Source: a virus
Lineage: Duplodnaviria; Caudoviricetes
Strand: one strand, 5' to 3'
IMG/VR virus record: IMGVR_UViG_3300030372_001977
Coordinates: 19,693 to 83,692 of that record
DNA length: 64,000 nucleotides
This document shows positions 35,901 through 46,400 of this stretch, piece after piece. The position numbers were made by a program, and so were the translations under genes. Position 1 is the stretch's first letter. Each line of letters opens with the position of its first letter. The notes below the pieces were generated by a model. The model ran no database searches. It was not told the DNA's origin and saw only the letters and a program-made list of their open reading frames with translations.

Positions 35901-37297
35901 CCCTCGTTTTCTTTAACAAGCATAACAACTTCTAATGCTTGCATTACATCTAGTGCATCTAATTCAGTTTTTAATTTGTATATTTCACTCATATTTTCTA
36001 ATGTAGCTCTTTCGTTTTCAGGAAGCTCCATTATTTTATCATATGTATTAATTGCAGAAGCTAATGAATTTCCCATACTATTTACAGTAGCTAACAAATC
36101 CTCTACTTTTTCAACTTTATCTAAACCTTGCTTAAGATTCTGTAGTTTATAAATACGTTTTTCTCGTTCTTCTGGTGGTAATTGCTCTACTTCATATATT
36201 TCAGATGCTATCCGTACTTTTAAGTTTTGTACAATTTCTGTAAAGTATTCTGAATGATCTCTGCTTTCCTGTGTGTAAGGACTTATAGGATTAAGCATTC
36301 CCTCTGCACGAAGCTTTTTAGCAAACATTTCTTCTGCAATAATTGCAGCTGCGTTAGGTTCAATACCAAATAGTTTTCCAAATGCACGCAATATTCTATT
36401 TATAAATTGTTGTAGTGGACTAGGATTATCTCTTACAATTCTAGCGCCTTCTAACCCAATTGCTGTAGCTAGTACTTCTTTGTCTAATCTTTCCCCGGTT
36501 AATTCAGGATACATTTCCTGCACTTTTCTGTACAAGTTAGTATCTCTAAGCTGAGCTATTGCTGCAGCTACTACAGGGTCGTTAACACCTAACATGTCAA
36601 TATAAATATGACCAAACTCATGATAGGCAGTGTCATCTTTTACTTTGTTAGGATTAAGAACTACCACGGGATTTGTTTCTCCTGGCCTTACTTCTCCTAA
36701 GTTATCTATTTCAGTATCATATATAACATCTACTACAACACCTGCTTTAGAAAATGCCTCTTTTAACTGTACTACCTTAGACTCAAGCCTATCTATATCT
36801 TCTTTAGCCATGTCAGAGAACTTACTCTGATCACTAGTATTCTCTTGCCTTGCTTTCTCTGATAGATAATAATCTTCCGTATTTTCTTTACCTGCAACAA
36901 GACGTACATACTGATCTAATTCCGTCTGGTCGTTATATGTAAAGTCTGCAGTTTCTGGACCCTCTTTTTGTATAGTTTTTAGTAAAGCTTCATTAATATC
37001 TAACACATGCAACTCTGATGCTCTAGAATAAATAGTTTCTGGGGTTGTTTTTATAAAGGTAGTTTTTAATAATCCCGGATATTTACCATTTATTCTTTCT
37101 ATTTCTCTTAAGCTAGGTTGTAGATTAGCTTGGTTTAAATATGTAGAACCACGGAATTTTGTAGCTATACCATTGTTTTTCAATATTTTATACACTGCAT
37201 TAGAAGTTTTCTTTTCTGCAGATGTATTATCCATGTAGCCATATAACTCTGTATATAACTTACTTTCTACTCCATTTATATAATATTTACACGCCAT
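32936..37297 (-). CDS. Giant ejected virion protein with zincin-like metallopeptidase motif
   Basis: 1453 aa; AYHEFGHIY (HExxH); helical; hydrophobic segment near the C-terminus; only Cys at residue 3; adjacent to vRNAP as in crAss-like phages. Confidence 0.7.
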   Translation of the reverse strand: MACKYYINGVESKLYTELYGYMDNTSAEKKTSNAVYKILKNNGIATKFRGSTYLNQANLQPSLREIERINGKYPGLLKTTFIKTTPETIYSRASELHVLDINEALLKTIQKEGPETADFTYNDQTELDQYVRLVAGKENTEDYYLSEKARQENTSDQSKFSDMAKEDIDRLESKVVQLKEAFSKAGVVVDVIYDTEIDNLGEVRPGETNPVVVLNPNKVKDDTAYHEFGHIYIDMLGVNDPVVAAAIAQLRDTNLYRKVQEMYPELTGERLDKEVLATAIGLEGARIVRDNPSPLQQFINRILRAFGKLFGIEPNAAAIIAEEMFAKKLRAEGMLNPISPYTQESRDHSEYFTEIVQNLKVRIASEIYEVEQLPPEEREKRIYKLQNLKQGLDKVEKVEDLLATVNSMGNSLASAINTYDKIMELPENERATLENMSEIYKLKTELDALDVMQALEVVMLVKENEGKVLDQGKFDTLEGRLNSILRSARVYSMKFNDEVIPIMAQFLSGYHNKAIDPQLQAQIDNAIKYKRTQGLNTQTIEYKELKKSFDAGEITAVEFLNKKVDLKVEQLKNKMIPNYGALVKQLRAANKDKSGFSYLLDPLIYSNDNAIQLFVKSVQDADLRKNDMTRMFKSKLSAAYNKFAEGRSESDVSKLNDDLLEEVTIRGVKRLAIVNPIDSDKYYKDKQAFIKKINIEYGQPQKREGQSEEAFKAAYSAWKLSNNYKRARQEETKWDKENSEPVDNWRQELKVLNKQIEQARKLRQKLKEDGQEDSDAYSMQTGRLQELIKFKDANYNSLTGSPRREWVRPRKDKYTNLKYIKIQNNPILKEYYNFVLEELQKGHEMVGATRMDKNSWDKFSYLMPSIRKEDVDRLREQGLLAGTKDILKEGFSIVETDDQFGTYDQNSGELNKRVPVYYTNRVPASDVSRDIASSLYKFRHMAHNYKVKSEVVGQVMLFRDIIKDRKTLVTNSGGIEYIQKTAEAMGFKMPLLKEGDSFNFKHVDEWIDTVMFGQNELKQNFRGISATKAVGALNSFTAISTLSFNLLQGTNQLILDNLTMAQEAVAKQFMSASDLAWAKTQYWFEGGAMTDIGRFDPKTKLGKAMEYFDALTEFTDHEGNQIVGGKARKFLSTNNLLFLQQAAEHELSGTRLLGLMRSLKGKLKDSDGNVIKNDKGEPADLYDMLTIDKDGVMSVDPRVDNFNRLDFIGLVQGLSRRTNQTKGKMHQPMLQRRAYGKLLMLFRSWLLPGIRRRYGHGGGSTLRVDEELGTVTQGMYISFWNMIRESISNREFAYSKMTEMERQNVKRTFVELSAMIAAAAIVNGLASLDADEDDWAVNFAMYQAKRYHTEIMQWNPAVGYKEAFRIMRSPTATARPIEKGFELMSQIGSDLGYFSGVAPWVDEKDVYYQRRTGRFNKGDRKIRKDFEDLLPIWRGFTRSGSPGDAYKWFTTLQ

Positions 37298-37302
37298 ATA
37301 TT

Positions 37303-40300
37303 TTAACTTTTACAAACTTTTTGTGCCTGCTGGTCTTCTTTAACGATGACCGGTGGTTTTGGTTGTTGGAACTTAGCGCCAGGCCTATCAGTTGTAGTAT
37401 TAACTGCAAAATTAACTAAACTTTCTGAATTACTACTCGATATTCCTGACTCATTTAATTTTCTAGATTTACCTAACATTGATAATCTTTGGTATTTACC
37501 GTTTTCTACATTTACAAATACATTAGCCTGACCTGTAGCGTAAGATAAAAAGTAATCTAAATTTAAATTATTATCTCCGTATATTCTAGAGTCTTGTTTA
37601 TTAAAACTTACAAATCCATCTGGACTCATTTTAATTTTTCTAATAGTTTTTAGTAGTGACACTCCTCCCGGGCTTTGCAATCCGTATGTTCTTACAAACT
37701 CATGCTGGAAGTTATCAAAGTAATCTGTCTTAGTTAACGCTGTAGCTTCTTGTCTAAAAAACTCTACAGGACTTTCTGCTGATGTATTTAACATGTTTGT
37801 AGTTAATGCTTCTGTAGGTATTAGATCTATGTAGCTTCCAAATGTAGGATTAAAACCACTAGTTAGAATTTGATTAACTACAAGAGATTTACCAAAGTCT
37901 CGTATTTCTTCATTAGGACTACTAATCAATTGGTTTAAACTATCACTAAACTGATTCTTATCTGTTGTAGATATTCCTATTGGTAAATCTAAACGTAATA
38001 AAAATAAACCGGTTTCTTTATTAGATGGATCCTCTTCTAGAGCTTGTACAAATAAATTATTATTTAGTTCTGGATACTTAACTTTTATTTCTTCTAGTTT
38101 AGTAACTAGATTATTATTAGGATTTATATACATATTTCTAAAAGTATTTTCAGAAATAATACCTCCATCTATAAAAGGACTGTTAGGCTGAGTCATTATC
38201 TTTAAAAATAATGCTCTGTCTATTAGTTTATGCTGCTTGTCTGTAAATCTAGAGACGCCTAGAGATTCTTTTAGGTTATCTTTAAATGTATTGAATGCTG
38301 GAGAATTGTTTATAAACCCTGCTCGACCAGCTTCTTCTAGTATAGTATCAAATATCCCTCTATATGCAACTCCTATAGGATTTAACGGCTTGTCTGTTCC
38401 TTTATTGTGTAGTATAAACTCTTCTGCTCCTGATATTAAACTGTCTACATTATTTAGATATAAATTTTCTCTATCTATCCAAGCTATAACCGATGATAGT
38501 TCGTTTACATTATCTATATTATCAGGTGTTATAATTTTATTTACAGTTTGTAATGCTCTACCTGCTTTGTAAAATGTTTTAAAGTTTAGTAGATATTGTG
38601 CTTGTAGCTCAGGATCTGCTTCTGATAGATTATCTTGCAATTGTATTGAAGACATAGGAAAGTTTGGTGCAAAATCAGGATTGTTTATTTTATATTTTTT
38701 AGCTATTTTATCTATAGACTGATTAAACTCTCCTAGAGATCTTGCATTTAATTTTGCATCATCTGTAATCTCTCTAATTATAGGTTGGTTTACAAAGTTT
38801 AATGCTGTATCTATAGGAATACCTAAACTATAGAATAGTCCTAAAACTGGATTAGTATATATATTATCATTTATATCTAACTGTATAGGCTCCTTAGCAT
38901 AATCAGTAGCTCCAGATAAGTGCTCTGATATATTAGCATCAGTGTAGTTTCCTTTTATGTCTTTTGTAACTCCTAAATCTCCATAGTTTACATTGTCAAT
39001 TGACAGCATAAATTCTGGTTTTAATCTTAAAAGCTTTGCAGTCTCTGATACATTTCTACCCGCCAAATGATTTGCCCATAATCCAATTAGACTAGCTCCT
39101 TCTTTAGTTCTCTCTTCCATAGCTATTTCTGCTAAAGGACTGTTGTAATCTATTGTAGTATCTACACCAATTTTATCAGATAAAAATGCTTTAGAATCTC
39201 TTAGACTTTGTATATCTAGTGGCTTTATAACTTCTTCTAAATGTTTTGCATCTGTTAGTATAGACTTAAATACATCAAATACTACATTGTTTCTTTCTTT
39301 TCTACTCATTTTAGAAGGGTCTACAGAATAATCCGGTTTAACAACGTTTCCATCTGTATCTACTTCAGGGAGTATTATATTTAGCTTATCAATATCAAAG
39401 TCACTACCCATCTGTACAGTTATAGCTCCAGGTACCATGATAGCTTTTTCATGTGACTCTGGTAAAAAGTCTACTACCTCCATAAACAATGATGAATTCT
39501 TACCCTGTTGAGGTATACGATACCCAATAACTTGTAGTTTTTCTTTTGGTACATCTTCTATTTTAACGTTAGGCTCTAATCCTAATGCGCTAGCTTTTAT
39601 TCTTATTTGTGCAGCATTTGTTCCGTCATAAAACTCTAACTCTCCACTTACTGTATGCCCACCAAGCTCTGCAATCTGCACTAACTCTTTACCTTTAAAC
39701 TTCTGATTAAACAGTTCATTATTATATGTGCTCATAAATATACCTTCAAACTTAGCTTGATAGTTAGGAAAAGCTAGTGGTATTTTAAATGTCCAGTCAA
39801 ATGCTCCATTAGGGACTATGTTTAATGCTTCTAGATAATTATCAGGCAAGTCTCTATCTTTAATTTGCCTAGCCATTTTATCTCTAACATTTATTAGATA
39901 GTTTAGTTTAGCATCTCTATACTCTTTAGTACCTTCTCTACCCCTTAACTTTTTTATTTGTGTAATACCTAGTTCTTTTTCTAAGTTTACTCTATCTTCG
40001 TTTATATTAGCAGCTATAGATTCTCCGTATATCTTATATAGTAACGAGCCTGATACTGTAACATCTCCTAATTTATATTGCTGTGTTGGAAATATGTTTG
40101 CAGTTATATTTTTTCTAATCTGTCTGTTAAATGCTAACTCATCTTTTTTAGTTCTAGGCATCATTTGTGGAAACCTCAACATCTTAGAGTCCATAACTGT
40201 TGGATTTGACACATCTAAATTTCCTGTTCCTTCAAAATCTTGTACATTTCTTTTAGCTCCTTTAGTTGCACTTACTGTATTAACTACATCGATACCATTG

Positions 40301-43300
40301 TTCATAGCATCTAACATAGTAGATAAGTAAGGGTAGAACATAGCTAACTCTGGAGTTACAACTGTATATGAATTTTTATCCATATATAGTGTGTTTACAC
40401 TATTTTGTAAAGATAATTCTTCGTGGAACGGTTTTAACGGATATATAGGCATAGCTTGCCCGCTGTTATTAATATATCTATTAACTTCAGGATTTCTAGC
40501 ATTGTTGTATGCTTCTTCATCTTTTACGGTCCACTGACCTAGTCCTTGCATTATACCACGATACATCGGTAAACTAATAAATGATTGTGCATCTGACTTG
40601 TTTACACTGCGGTAGTCTTGAGCTATCTCTTCTGCTGTAAACATATCTATACCTTGACTTTGTAATGTTGTAGATAAGCTATCTGCTATTTCATTAGCTC
40701 TTTCTTTATCTGTAAAATCAAAATCTCTAATAGTAATAGTATTATATGTAGGAGGCATACCATATGTTGGATCTGTCTCAGACATACCTTTAATAAATAG
40801 TTTATTACCTGGTGTTTTTAGAAGAGCCATACGTTTATAGAAGTCTTCTGTATTTTTAGCAAAGCTAAATCCTCCTCTTAACACTTTAGTAATTTCTATT
40901 TTACCTATAAAATTTTCAAATATAAAATCCTTAAGAAATTTATTACGTTTAGTATCCGTATCTAACTCAGAGCTAACTTCTGTAAACAGATCTATTCCGT
41001 AGCTATTAATTTTTTGTACTATATCCTCTTCGTAAAGTTTTATTTTGTTTTCAACGTCATTTATTTTATCATTTAGTAATGTCTCAAACTCTTCTCTTTG
41101 TACAAATTGTTTATTTAAAATGTAGTCTTTTGTATAGTCAGACATTTCAGTACCATCTTTTAATATTGTATTTTGTAGTCCTGATATTTGTGTCATAGTA
41201 AATGCAGAACCATCTGCCGCATAAGGATCTGCTATGTTCTTATAGTGATAACCTTCTATTAATATGCTAGGGTCACTCATTTTAAATGCTTCTATTATCA
41301 GTTCATTAGCTTGATCCATTCTAGCTAAGTCTTGTAATATTAAATTTTCTATTAACTGTTTTCTATTAGTGCTTACCCCATATTTTAAATAACTACTAAT
41401 TCTAGGTATAGTTAAAAAATCTAAAGATTGTCTTCCCGCTTGTATAGGTAATGCTACCTTAGTAAAGTTTTTACTTCCTCTGTTTTGATATGCTAGCAAT
41501 CTTTCTATTAAAGATATTTTACTAGTTTGGTTATCATAATCCGAGCTAGCTACTAACTCATCAGAAGATTTGTATGAGTCTAGCACTTCATGTATAAAGT
41601 TTCTTCTAGCCTCTTCGTTGTTATGTAGCGCAGATATTAAAGGAGATGAATGCTTAATACTTCCGTAAGGTCTGTTTAGAGGATCTGTTAAAAGCTGAGT
41701 TAAAAGTTTAATTTTTCCATCTGCTTCTTTAGGGTTATTAATTTCACTAGTAAGTTCATGTAATCTTGTAGGAAGATTAATAGGATAGTACTGTTTGTTT
41801 GTTCCGCTAATAAAGGATCCAAATGGTTTAGACTCAAATAGAGGAGCAATGTCTACAAGCTTATCCACTAAACTGCTGTGTTCTCTGTAGATGTCTTTTG
41901 GATTTTCTTGGTTAATACTATTTACAAACTTGTTAAGATTATTTCCTGGCTCAAATACTAGCCTAGAGAATAAGTTATTTTCAGCTACACCTTCTTCATT
42001 CCCTAGATTATAATACCTTAATAAATTTTCTTGTGTTGTTTCTAGAGATGGTCCGTACTGCATACCTAATGTCCACAGGTATTCTCCTAAAGCTAGAATA
42101 TCTTCTGTATCCCATTGTCCTCTTTTTGTATTGTTAACAGCACTAATTTGATCCCAAAGCTTTACTAGTAACTCTTTCTTATCTTCTTTTACTGATATTT
42201 TATTATCAGCATCTATCATATATATAGCTCTATCATTAGGTATTAACCTTTGTCTAGAGTTTTCTCTAAATTTTTCTTTAGCCTTTTTACTTATTTGACT
42301 TTGATTAGAGTTAATAATTTTATTTGTAGTGCTTATCTGTCCTGTTATAGGATCTGTGTATAACTCACTTTTAAATAGAATAAAATTATTGTATGCTGTT
42401 TTAAAGTTAGTGAATAAAGCTGCTTCTTCTTGAGGTGTAAGTGTATCTAGCTTAGCTCTTAAAGCTACTGCTTCAGGTTTGTACAATGCATACCAGTCTA
42501 GTTTACTTCTCATGTCAGCAAAGGTAGGCTCACCTACAGCTGCTTCAGCCATAATACTGTATGCTTTATCCATAGACATAATTACAGGATACCCAAAACT
42601 GTTAAGTGTCCCTAACTTAATATTGCCTAGAATAGATCTTGCTTCAGAAGACAACTTATCTCTTGGGTTTTCTTCTAAGCTAGACATGCTATATATCTTT
42701 TCAGGAGTATCATCAAACTCCTCCATAGTACCTGCTCTATCTGAGAGCTTCATACCATATGCCGATAGACTGTCTTTTAGTATTTCTCTAACACCTACTT
42801 TTTCTATGTTACCTGTAATAGGATTTCTTTCTGTATTCCAATTATGGTAAGCAAATATAAAAATTTGACTTGCATTGTTAGGGGCCCCTGGTACAGTGTT
42901 CATACTAACACCTTCAGGGAGCGCTTCTACAAAAGCATCTTTACCTTCTGTAGTTAATATTTTATAAAGTCTTTTAGCTTCTTGTATATCGTCTAGTCCT
43001 TGGAATGCTTCTAATAAAAGTTTATCTGCTAAGTCTCCTTTCTCTTCTGTATCTTGAGCTAGACCAAAGTATTTATTAACGTCTCCTTTAAATGTCTCCG
43101 GATTGTTTTCTTTGACGGTATTTACAAAGTTAACTATTGTATTAATAAGCTCATCTTGTAACTCTCTCCCTATATTTAATACACTGCTTTTTTCTTTTAC
43201 TTCTACAGGTATTTCCCAAGTATCTCCTTTGTTATTTTTAAAAGAAACATACCCAGTTTCATATGCTAATTTAGGCTCTCCATTATTATCAGTAAATAAA

Positions 43301-43482
43301 TCTACATTATAATCTTTTTCCCAGTCTTTACCATACCACTTCTTAAACTCTGCAGAATGTATGTCATCATAAATTTTTGTAGCTTCATTACTATCTCGTG
43401 TAGCAATTTTTAAATCTTCGTATAACTCAGATGTCTTACCGTTTGGTAGTATAGCTTTTCCTTTTTGTACTCTACAACTCAT
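37303..43482 (-). CDS. Virion-packaged single-subunit DNA-dependent RNA polymerase (crAss/phi14:2 gp66-like)
   Basis: 2059 aa; catalytic GSDFDIDKL (DFDID as in phi14:2 gp66), upstream IGYRIP (RxP), and MDKNS lysine motif. Confidence 0.88.
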   Translation of the reverse strand: MSCRVQKGKAILPNGKTSELYEDLKIATRDSNEATKIYDDIHSAEFKKWYGKDWEKDYNVDLFTDNNGEPKLAYETGYVSFKNNKGDTWEIPVEVKEKSSVLNIGRELQDELINTIVNFVNTVKENNPETFKGDVNKYFGLAQDTEEKGDLADKLLLEAFQGLDDIQEAKRLYKILTTEGKDAFVEALPEGVSMNTVPGAPNNASQIFIFAYHNWNTERNPITGNIEKVGVREILKDSLSAYGMKLSDRAGTMEEFDDTPEKIYSMSSLEENPRDKLSSEARSILGNIKLGTLNSFGYPVIMSMDKAYSIMAEAAVGEPTFADMRSKLDWYALYKPEAVALRAKLDTLTPQEEAALFTNFKTAYNNFILFKSELYTDPITGQISTTNKIINSNQSQISKKAKEKFRENSRQRLIPNDRAIYMIDADNKISVKEDKKELLVKLWDQISAVNNTKRGQWDTEDILALGEYLWTLGMQYGPSLETTQENLLRYYNLGNEEGVAENNLFSRLVFEPGNNLNKFVNSINQENPKDIYREHSSLVDKLVDIAPLFESKPFGSFISGTNKQYYPINLPTRLHELTSEINNPKEADGKIKLLTQLLTDPLNRPYGSIKHSSPLISALHNNEEARRNFIHEVLDSYKSSDELVASSDYDNQTSKISLIERLLAYQNRGSKNFTKVALPIQAGRQSLDFLTIPRISSYLKYGVSTNRKQLIENLILQDLARMDQANELIIEAFKMSDPSILIEGYHYKNIADPYAADGSAFTMTQISGLQNTILKDGTEMSDYTKDYILNKQFVQREEFETLLNDKINDVENKIKLYEEDIVQKINSYGIDLFTEVSSELDTDTKRNKFLKDFIFENFIGKIEITKVLRGGFSFAKNTEDFYKRMALLKTPGNKLFIKGMSETDPTYGMPPTYNTITIRDFDFTDKERANEIADSLSTTLQSQGIDMFTAEEIAQDYRSVNKSDAQSFISLPMYRGIMQGLGQWTVKDEEAYNNARNPEVNRYINNSGQAMPIYPLKPFHEELSLQNSVNTLYMDKNSYTVVTPELAMFYPYLSTMLDAMNNGIDVVNTVSATKGAKRNVQDFEGTGNLDVSNPTVMDSKMLRFPQMMPRTKKDELAFNRQIRKNITANIFPTQQYKLGDVTVSGSLLYKIYGESIAANINEDRVNLEKELGITQIKKLRGREGTKEYRDAKLNYLINVRDKMARQIKDRDLPDNYLEALNIVPNGAFDWTFKIPLAFPNYQAKFEGIFMSTYNNELFNQKFKGKELVQIAELGGHTVSGELEFYDGTNAAQIRIKASALGLEPNVKIEDVPKEKLQVIGYRIPQQGKNSSLFMEVVDFLPESHEKAIMVPGAITVQMGSDFDIDKLNIILPEVDTDGNVVKPDYSVDPSKMSRKERNNVVFDVFKSILTDAKHLEEVIKPLDIQSLRDSKAFLSDKIGVDTTIDYNSPLAEIAMEERTKEGASLIGLWANHLAGRNVSETAKLLRLKPEFMLSIDNVNYGDLGVTKDIKGNYTDANISEHLSGATDYAKEPIQLDINDNIYTNPVLGLFYSLGIPIDTALNFVNQPIIREITDDAKLNARSLGEFNQSIDKIAKKYKINNPDFAPNFPMSSIQLQDNLSEADPELQAQYLLNFKTFYKAGRALQTVNKIITPDNIDNVNELSSVIAWIDRENLYLNNVDSLISGAEEFILHNKGTDKPLNPIGVAYRGIFDTILEEAGRAGFINNSPAFNTFKDNLKESLGVSRFTDKQHKLIDRALFLKIMTQPNSPFIDGGIISENTFRNMYINPNNNLVTKLEEIKVKYPELNNNLFVQALEEDPSNKETGLFLLRLDLPIGISTTDKNQFSDSLNQLISSPNEEIRDFGKSLVVNQILTSGFNPTFGSYIDLIPTEALTTNMLNTSAESPVEFFRQEATALTKTDYFDNFQHEFVRTYGLQSPGGVSLLKTIRKIKMSPDGFVSFNKQDSRIYGDNNLNLDYFLSYATGQANVFVNVENGKYQRLSMLGKSRKLNESGISSSNSESLVNFAVNTTTDRPGAKFQQPKPPVIVKEDQQAQKVCKS

Positions 43483-43483
43483 A

Positions 43484-46400
43484 TTAACATTTTTTACCTA
43501 AGTCGTCAAAGAATATGTTTAGTTGATCATTATCGCTCTTTTTTATTGTCTTAGTTTTTGATTTTGTTTCTACTTTAGTTTCTGGTCTTATTGCGGCTAA
43601 TTGCATATCATATTTATCATTGATTTCATTTATAAGAGTTTGGTTTGTTACACCTTTTAAAGCTTTTCTTCTTTTAACTTCAATGTTAACTGCTTGGTTC
43701 CGTGTCTCTGATGAACTATATATATTTTTCATATTCTGTTCAGAGGCTATAAAAGCTTCTCTTTTAATCTTAGTATTCTTAATAATCTCTGGTGCAGTCT
43801 CACCTAGTAGATCTCCTTTCTCAAATATTACTCTAGGACTGTTAAACATACTTTCTCCTTTTCTAGTTATATCTGTAGTTAGTATAGCATTATATCCTAC
43901 ACCATCTACTCTTGCTTCATCTCCTAGTTCTTTAGAGCTAAATAAATATTCTTGATAACTACTATATTGTATATCTGTTACTGGGCTAGTATATGGAGTT
44001 TTTTGATTACCCAAATCTCTATCTACATTATATTTTTTAGTTTCTAAAAACTCTGTTAAATCTTTTGCTAGGTCTAGTTTTGATTTTGTTGTATCAGATT
44101 TACCTCCTACAAATTTTTCATTCTTTTCAGTTACAATATGGAATGTGCTTTCTTGGTCAGTTCCTAAACCTTTTGCTAATTCGTTTTCATTTATTCTAAT
44201 TAACTTTCCTAGCTTAGGACTATTATAAACTATATATTTAGTTCCATCCTCAAACTCTGCAAACTCTAAGTAGGATGGATTTGTATTAGCACCACTTCTT
44301 ATAGAACTACTAGCTACAATTTGTGCTGCTACATCATACTGTTTATTTGCTAAAGCCTCTAATACTTTATCTCTAGCTTGTGCATTTAAGTTAGCTGTGC
44401 TTGCTATAGACATCCTAGCTATTCCTTCAGGATTATTTTCTTTCTTAATTACTATACCTATTTGATTTAATGCTCCAGGTGTAACATCGTTTTGAACCTC
44501 TGTTTTAATTGAGTTTAGCTCATTAAGTTTATTTTTATCAGGATGAACTTCTCCTAATGTCCACTGGTAGGTTAATGTGTCTCCTTCTTTAACAGCGCTA
44601 GTAAATCCTAATAAGATGTCATCTTCTTTACCAAATGTTTCTGTAGGATTGTGGAAGTGTATCTCTAAAGTATCAGCGTTTACAGTATTGTTAAAGTTGT
44701 TTGCTTTAATACTGCTTATCTTAGTAGTTACTCTTTGACCTTTTTGTAGTTTATCTACAATAGCTTTTCTTTCTGGATTATTAGATACTTCTAGTTTACC
44801 TACGTAAGCATTACCTATTTTATAGTAGATAGGTATCTCAGTCCAAGACTCTTCTGCTTTATTTAATCTATCAGATTTATACCAATCGTTTTCTATTATC
44901 TCTAACTCTATCTCTTCTTCTAATATATCTTCTTTTAATAGTAGGTCTGGCTGTAATAAAATAGGTTTATCTATAGCAGTCTCTTTTACAACTCCTTGAT
45001 CTACTCTGTTTTTAATATAATTTTTTAATGAAGCACTTTCTGAAGCTACAATAAATTGAAGTATACTACCAGGAGTCCCTAATTTAATATGAGCTTGATA
45101 TACTTCATCAATAATTCTTTGTGCAGACATAATAGGTTTACCCTGTTTACGCAATATTTCATTCATCCTAATACGTTTTTCAATAAACTCGAGCATAGCA
45201 TCAAATTGTTTTTGAGCTTCTTCATAAGTTAAAGTATTAGGATCAACTCCTTTTTGAGATTTTGCACCAGCTTTAGCTTCACTAACTGCAGTATCAGTTA
45301 ATACTTTAATATTACCAAAAGTTCCAAATACTCCTTCATAAGAATTATCAATTATTTCATCTGTAATAGTATCAGGATCTGGTTCTACTGTATTACCATT
45401 TTCATCAACCGGTACTTTATACACAGGGTCTTCAGGTGTACCTACATTTATAACTTCTTCTACGTTTGTAGCAGATACAATATTTAACTGACCTGGAGAT
45501 GTATTTTTATTACCAGTTATATTTTTATCACTTGATGCTTTTGGCTTTCTAGGTACAGATCTTTCTTGAGGTTTATTATTTTTTATATTATCATTATTCT
45601 CATCTGATATAATAGTACTTTCATCAAGAACTAATTCATCTACTATTTCATCATCTTGTATCTCAGATGTATCATTTTTCTTAATCTTGTTTTCTAAAAG
45701 TTTAATAGCATTTTCTAAACCTTTTCTTTCTGTAGGAGATAAGTTTGTTTCTTCTTTAGCTAAAGATTGTAATACCTTAAGTTGATCTTTTAACGATTTA
45801 TTTTTATTTAATTTTAGATAGTTTCTTTCTGCTTCTTGCTCTTGTCTTTTTAATTCTTGTCTTTTTTGTTTAGCTGTCATTTTAGCTGCACTTGATGCAT
45901 CTTCAGGAACAGCATCATTAACTTGGTCAGACGTCTCTGCATTAGCTATATCTTCTTTTGCTTTTTTATCTTTAGCCACTAACTTTGCAGATTCTTGATT
46001 TGCTTTTACTGTTTCTTCAAAAAGATCTTGGAAGTATTTACTAGACGATAGTTTATTGTAAGCTTCTATAGATACAGAGTTATCCATAAACAAGGATAAG
46101 TAATCCTCTGCTAATTTAGTAAACGGCATAGTTGCAGCTAAAGCATTCTTTTTAACTAGCTCCTGTTGTATATCTTGGAATGTTTTAGCAATAATATTAA
46201 CTTCTTCTCGAGCATTGTATTCACCCGTTTCATCTACTAACAAATCTTCACCAGGATTAAGTAGTAGATCTATATCTGTTTTTATCTTTACACCATTAAT
46301 CTTTTCTGCTTCTTGTATTAGAGTTTTCATTTGCTTTTGAATGTTCTCTAACCTTTCGTTTCTATTTCCTATTCCAGATGCTCTTAGTACTAGCTCTGCA

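Noticed and set aside
7329-43482. Inteins or self-splicing introns in terL, polA, primase or vRNAP
   Set aside because: Catalytic motifs are contiguous at the expected spacing; no Cys/Ser...His-Asn splice junctions or homing endonuclease inserts.
43482-43486. Readthrough or frameshift fusion of the giant proteins at the mRNA level
   Set aside because: Junctions are TAA-T-ATG and TAA-AATAT-ATG, with no slippery heptamer or downstream structure seen; ordinary translational coupling is sufficient.
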